From assembly GCA_963701085.1 (NCBI GenBank), contig OY969561.1, positions 704,001-768,000 on the forward strand: DNA of 64,000 bases, in the 5' to 3' direction. The DNA comes from an uncultured bacterium (GTDB lineage Bacteria; Babelota; Babeliae; Babelales; Vermiphilaceae). The position numbers and the translations under genes are program-made. Below the pieces are notes generated by a model, which worked only from the letters and a program-made list of their open reading frames with translations, ran no database searches and was not told where the DNA came from. Each line of letters opens with the position of its first letter. The stretch's first letter is position 1. Positions 60,760-64,000 of the stretch are shown piece after piece.

Positions 60760-61671
60760 CTATTCATTATACTCTTCATAAGCCGCAAATAACTCCTCTA
60801 ACCGTTCGCATTGCATTTTTTTTGCATGCATACGTGGAGTTAAGCCATTTTCATCAGGTGCATTAATCTGTATATTCATATTATACTCTAATGCATCGTA
60901 TATCTCGTATGCCTCATCAAACCATCTGTTTTGTTCATATTGCTTAATTTTGTCAAAGAATAGCTGCTGTGCGTGACAAGCTTCTGCATCATATATTTCT
61001 TTTACAGACTTTTGCTGTAATCTTTTTTGCACTGCTTTAAGTAAATCTGGTCCACTCATTTTTAATCTGCCGTATATAGCCCTATTTCCAAAAGCTGCAG
61101 GAACATACCATATTGGATGTTCAAAAACAGCTCGAATAGGTCCCCATTTTGATTCTATACAATCATCACCGGCAACAATTCCTGTATGAGTTATTCTGTG
61201 TAATAAATCTTTTTCCCTCTCTGGTGATATATACATAATAATATCTCCAGGTCGTACAGACTTACCATCAATCACATCAAAAAATTCGATAATGCTAACA
61301 CCATATTCTTTATCTTTAAACAAACCTGCATAATAATCTTCTAGACCTGGAATATTCAAAACTTTAGAAGCTTTCCCCACAATTTCCATCAATTTAGTAA
61401 AAGCATAGTTATGACACGTGCCATACCTTTTTCCAAGAGGAATTTCTTCTTTAATAACAATTTTACCTTGTGATATATCCACAACCTCTTGCGGAGAGTC
61501 TTTTATACGCCACTTTTGCCGCATGATATCTAATTCGTCACTTTTATTGATCACATGACGTGTAAACTTTTTTTTCATACCTGCAGGTGTTTTGGTAATA
61601 TGCATACCAAAAATTGAATGAGAAACGATTAAAGATAATGAATATATAAGCAATGTATATTTTGTGTGCAT
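60760..61671 (-). CDS. Exported protein with a putative papain-like/NlpC-type Cys-His domain and a terminal ankyrin-like repeat
   Basis: Signal ..IFG-M; TCHNYA, PGDIIMY, HTGIV, ESKWG; INAPDENGLTP. Confidence 0.6.
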   Translation of the reverse strand: MHTKYTLLIYSLSLIVSHSIFGMHITKTPAGMKKKFTRHVINKSDELDIMRQKWRIKDSPQEVVDISQGKIVIKEEIPLGKRYGTCHNYAFTKLMEIVGKASKVLNIPGLEDYYAGLFKDKEYGVSIIEFFDVIDGKSVRPGDIIMYISPEREKDLLHRITHTGIVAGDDCIESKWGPIRAVFEHPIWYVPAAFGNRAIYGRLKMSGPDLLKAVQKRLQQKSVKEIYDAEACHAQQLFFDKIKQYEQNRWFDEAYEIYDALEYNMNIQINAPDENGLTPRMHAKKMQCERLEELFAAYEEYNE

Positions 61672-61745
61672 GCAAACTTTCTATCGCTCAGGACGAACGG
61701 TCTTTATCAATTTTATAACAAGCTCAAGTATAACGTATTTATTAA

Positions 61746-61772
61746 AAAAGGGGAGCCGGAGCTCCCCTTTTT
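61746..61772. terminator. Terminator for 61793..62830
   Basis: AAAAGGGGAGC-CGGA-GCTCCCCTTTTT. Confidence 0.85.
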
Positions 61773-61792
61773 ATACAATGTTCACTGCATTA

Positions 61793-62830
61793 TTATGCAA
61801 CGCGTTTTTCTGCTACTTGTTTTTTATCTGCTGCGTTAGCAATGCCACCAGTTGGTTGCTGCATTTCTTCTTGCGGCATTTCCGCACCTTTGAAGTAATC
61901 TTCATTCACTTCAACCACGTACTCTTTACGCAATTCATTGATCTCTTTTTCAAACAGTTCAACGCGTTTATTTTGTTCTAGCTCCTGTTTAAGCTTATCT
62001 TTGATTTGTTCATAAGGGATAAATTTAGGCTCTTCTTTTCCAGTAGCGTTAACAACCCAGAATTTTCCATTAACTTCAAACAGTTCGATTGATGGAACCG
62101 TTTTAATGCCAATAATTTTATCACGAAGCAATTCATCTATGCCAAGACTTTGACTATTCACTAACTTAAAATCTTTAATTTTTGCATTAAGATTATCATC
62201 TTGTGCTGTTTTTTTGAATCCACCTGGTGCTGCTTTTGCTCGTGCAACAAACGCTCGTGCTGCTGCACCATCAGCAAATTCAATACCGCTTGCCATAATA
62301 CCACCTTGTGATGTCATTACGCCACGCAATTTATCTTTATTTGTGTCATAAAAGGCTCTCACTTCAGAATCAGGCACGGAGACTGTTTTCTTTTCACTAA
62401 AATATTTTGCATTAAGCATGCGCTCCATTGATTCACATAAATCTTTTAACTCTGCTTTATACGCCGCTGTTTGATTTATTCCTTGTGAAATAACATACTC
62501 ATCAGCAATTTTTTGACCAATAAGACCTTCTAACAGATTACGATCAAATGCTTTAGGATCCATAAACCCTAATGCCTGTCTAATTTGAGGATTTGCTTTG
62601 AGAAATTTTTCTTTTTCTAAAGCTAAAGTATCAGTGGTAATTGCCGGCTTTCCTTTCATGGTAACCAGCACTTCACCCGTCATTGGAGTTGAAGTTTCAC
62701 CAGCAGCTTTACTTTCTATTGCAGTTTGGCCACCACCCTTGAACATATCGAGCAATGCGCACCCTGGCAAAAAAGAAAGTGTTGCAAAAATACCACCTGC
62801 TAATATCTTTTTATGCGTTTTTTTATTCAT
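61793..62830 (-). CDS. PrsA/PpiC-like lipoprotein chaperone
   Basis: Lipobox LPG-C; V.D.EV..FY..NK and PYEQIK..L motifs. Confidence 0.7.
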   Translation of the reverse strand: MNKKTHKKILAGGIFATLSFLPGCALLDMFKGGGQTAIESKAAGETSTPMTGEVLVTMKGKPAITTDTLALEKEKFLKANPQIRQALGFMDPKAFDRNLLEGLIGQKIADEYVISQGINQTAAYKAELKDLCESMERMLNAKYFSEKKTVSVPDSEVRAFYDTNKDKLRGVMTSQGGIMASGIEFADGAAARAFVARAKAAPGGFKKTAQDDNLNAKIKDFKLVNSQSLGIDELLRDKIIGIKTVPSIELFEVNGKFWVVNATGKEEPKFIPYEQIKDKLKQELEQNKRVELFEKEINELRKEYVVEVNEDYFKGAEMPQEEMQQPTGGIANAADKKQVAEKRVA

Positions 62831-63087
62831 ATCTACCCTTTATAGTTAAAAAATGTATACAGTGATAATAATTTTCTATCCTATCACAGAATCGACATTT
62901 TACAATGCCAAAGTCGAATAAACATAAATAATAAAAAATAGCTTTTATTTATTTTAAACACGCGTTAAAATGTCCTCAATTTATCTAACAAAAAAGGAGT
63001 GAGTTACAAAAAAAATAAATAGCCCCATACCACAGTCCACTTAGAAAACATTGCGAGATATACTCATATAAATAAAAAGGAATCTCT

Positions 63088-64000
63088 GTGAAAAAAAATA
63101 CCTTAATCGTCCAATCATTACTTTTACTCCCATTACTCACCGCTGCACCTCTCTTGGGCATGGAATACAAAGAAAAACCAATATCACCTCGAAAAAGTAA
63201 AAGCCAAAAACGCCAAGCAAAACAAAACCAAAATAATACCATAAAAAAAGAACCTATCTCCTACGAAAATCTCAATAGACAACTGATGAGTGAACTTACA
63301 TCATCAACCATTTTTCAAAGCCAACGAGCACAAAACTCATCAGACTCAACTCCTACCAATGAGTACCACCCAATCGTAACTGAAACGGTCAAGACTGTAG
63401 TTGATTATAGTTCATTCCCATTCATAACAGAACTTATAGAAGAGCTTAATGCTGACCCATACGTAGCTCCAACCAACACCCTCATCCAATCTGAACATGA
63501 ATCCATAAACGTGACGCTACCAGAATGTATGCAATCAATCATAGTAAACCAAAACCTGTTGCAATCGGTGATGTTGCCAACAGAAGAAAAAGGATTAACG
63601 TTTTTAGAAAAAGTCTCTTACTATACAAGCACTAAAAGCCAAGTTGTACAAAGTATCATCAAACAACTAGAAAACAAAACCTTTGATGCCAGCAATCTTA
63701 CCTCATTCAATATTTTTACTGAAGCAATTACAACAGCAGCCAACAATAATGACGTTAACTCGCTTGCTACCATAGCGGATCTCTGCAGCAAAAACTATCC
63801 ACAAACAATTAGAATATTTGATGATGTCGTAGCACAACAGGCTTCTGGATTTTTGACCACACACTATATGACAGAGCTGACTCGTGCAAATGAAACAATG
63901 AAAAGCAGACGTCAAGAACATCTCAAAGAATGGACCGTAGAAACTGCTGCATGCGTAACAGCAATGACTGATATAATCACCAAATATAATCAATCAGTAA
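63088..64000 (+). CDS. Exported hypothetical protein (3' truncated by the window; absent from the ORF track)
   Basis: SD AAGGA, GTG start, MKKNTLIVQSLLLLPLLTAAPLLG-MEYK; frame open to the window end. Confidence 0.75.
   Translation, partial: MKKNTLIVQSLLLLPLLTAAPLLGMEYKEKPISPRKSKSQKRQAKQNQNNTIKKEPISYENLNRQLMSELTSSTIFQSQRAQNSSDSTPTNEYHPIVTETVKTVVDYSSFPFITELIEELNADPYVAPTNTLIQSEHESINVTLPECMQSIIVNQNLLQSVMLPTEEKGLTFLEKVSYYTSTKSQVVQSIIKQLENKTFDASNLTSFNIFTEAITTAANNNDVNSLATIADLCSKNYPQTIRIFDDVVAQQASGFLTTHYMTELTRANETMKSRRQEHLKEWTVETAACVTAMTDIITKYNQSV

Overview
AT-rich bacterial chromosome window. Gene content (many signal-peptide ankyrin, WD40 and F-box-like proteins interspersed with housekeeping genes) suggests an obligate intracellular parasite of protists, most plausibly Ca. 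Babeliae/Dependentiae (TM6); this assignment is inference. Housekeeping genes: Sua5/TsaC, a divergent FolC, a stand-alone Fo block (atpI-atpB-atpE), cysteine synthase, M50 protease, acyl-CoA ligase, ferredoxin, tmk-holB, dciA, murG, PBP1A, rnpB, ABC-F, upp, uppS, LOG, rsmA, mreB, glmU, sbcD and two SurA/PrsA-like chaperones. Most notable observations: (1) about 17 putative effectors have a signal peptide followed by Met (mostly M-D/M-E) at the predicted mature N-terminus, while envelope-resident exported proteins do not; a duplicated thymidylate kinase has acquired this leader. (2) An exported ankyrin protein ends in a RelE-like RNase domain. (3) A minimal signal-Hint-toxin gene is followed by two tandem immunity-like genes. 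(4) The ATP synthase c subunit has four fused hairpins, one lacking the ion-binding Glu. (5) The RNase P RNA appears to lack P18 and has an extended P8. (6) Nested REP-like palindromes occur, two inserted in-frame into genes. (7) An ankyrin array is modularly shuffled, and a one-gene cassette is flanked by an 82-bp duplication of the ABC-F 3' end. No tRNA, rRNA, CRISPR array, transposase or integrase was recognised. All family calls are by visual motif recognition, not database search.
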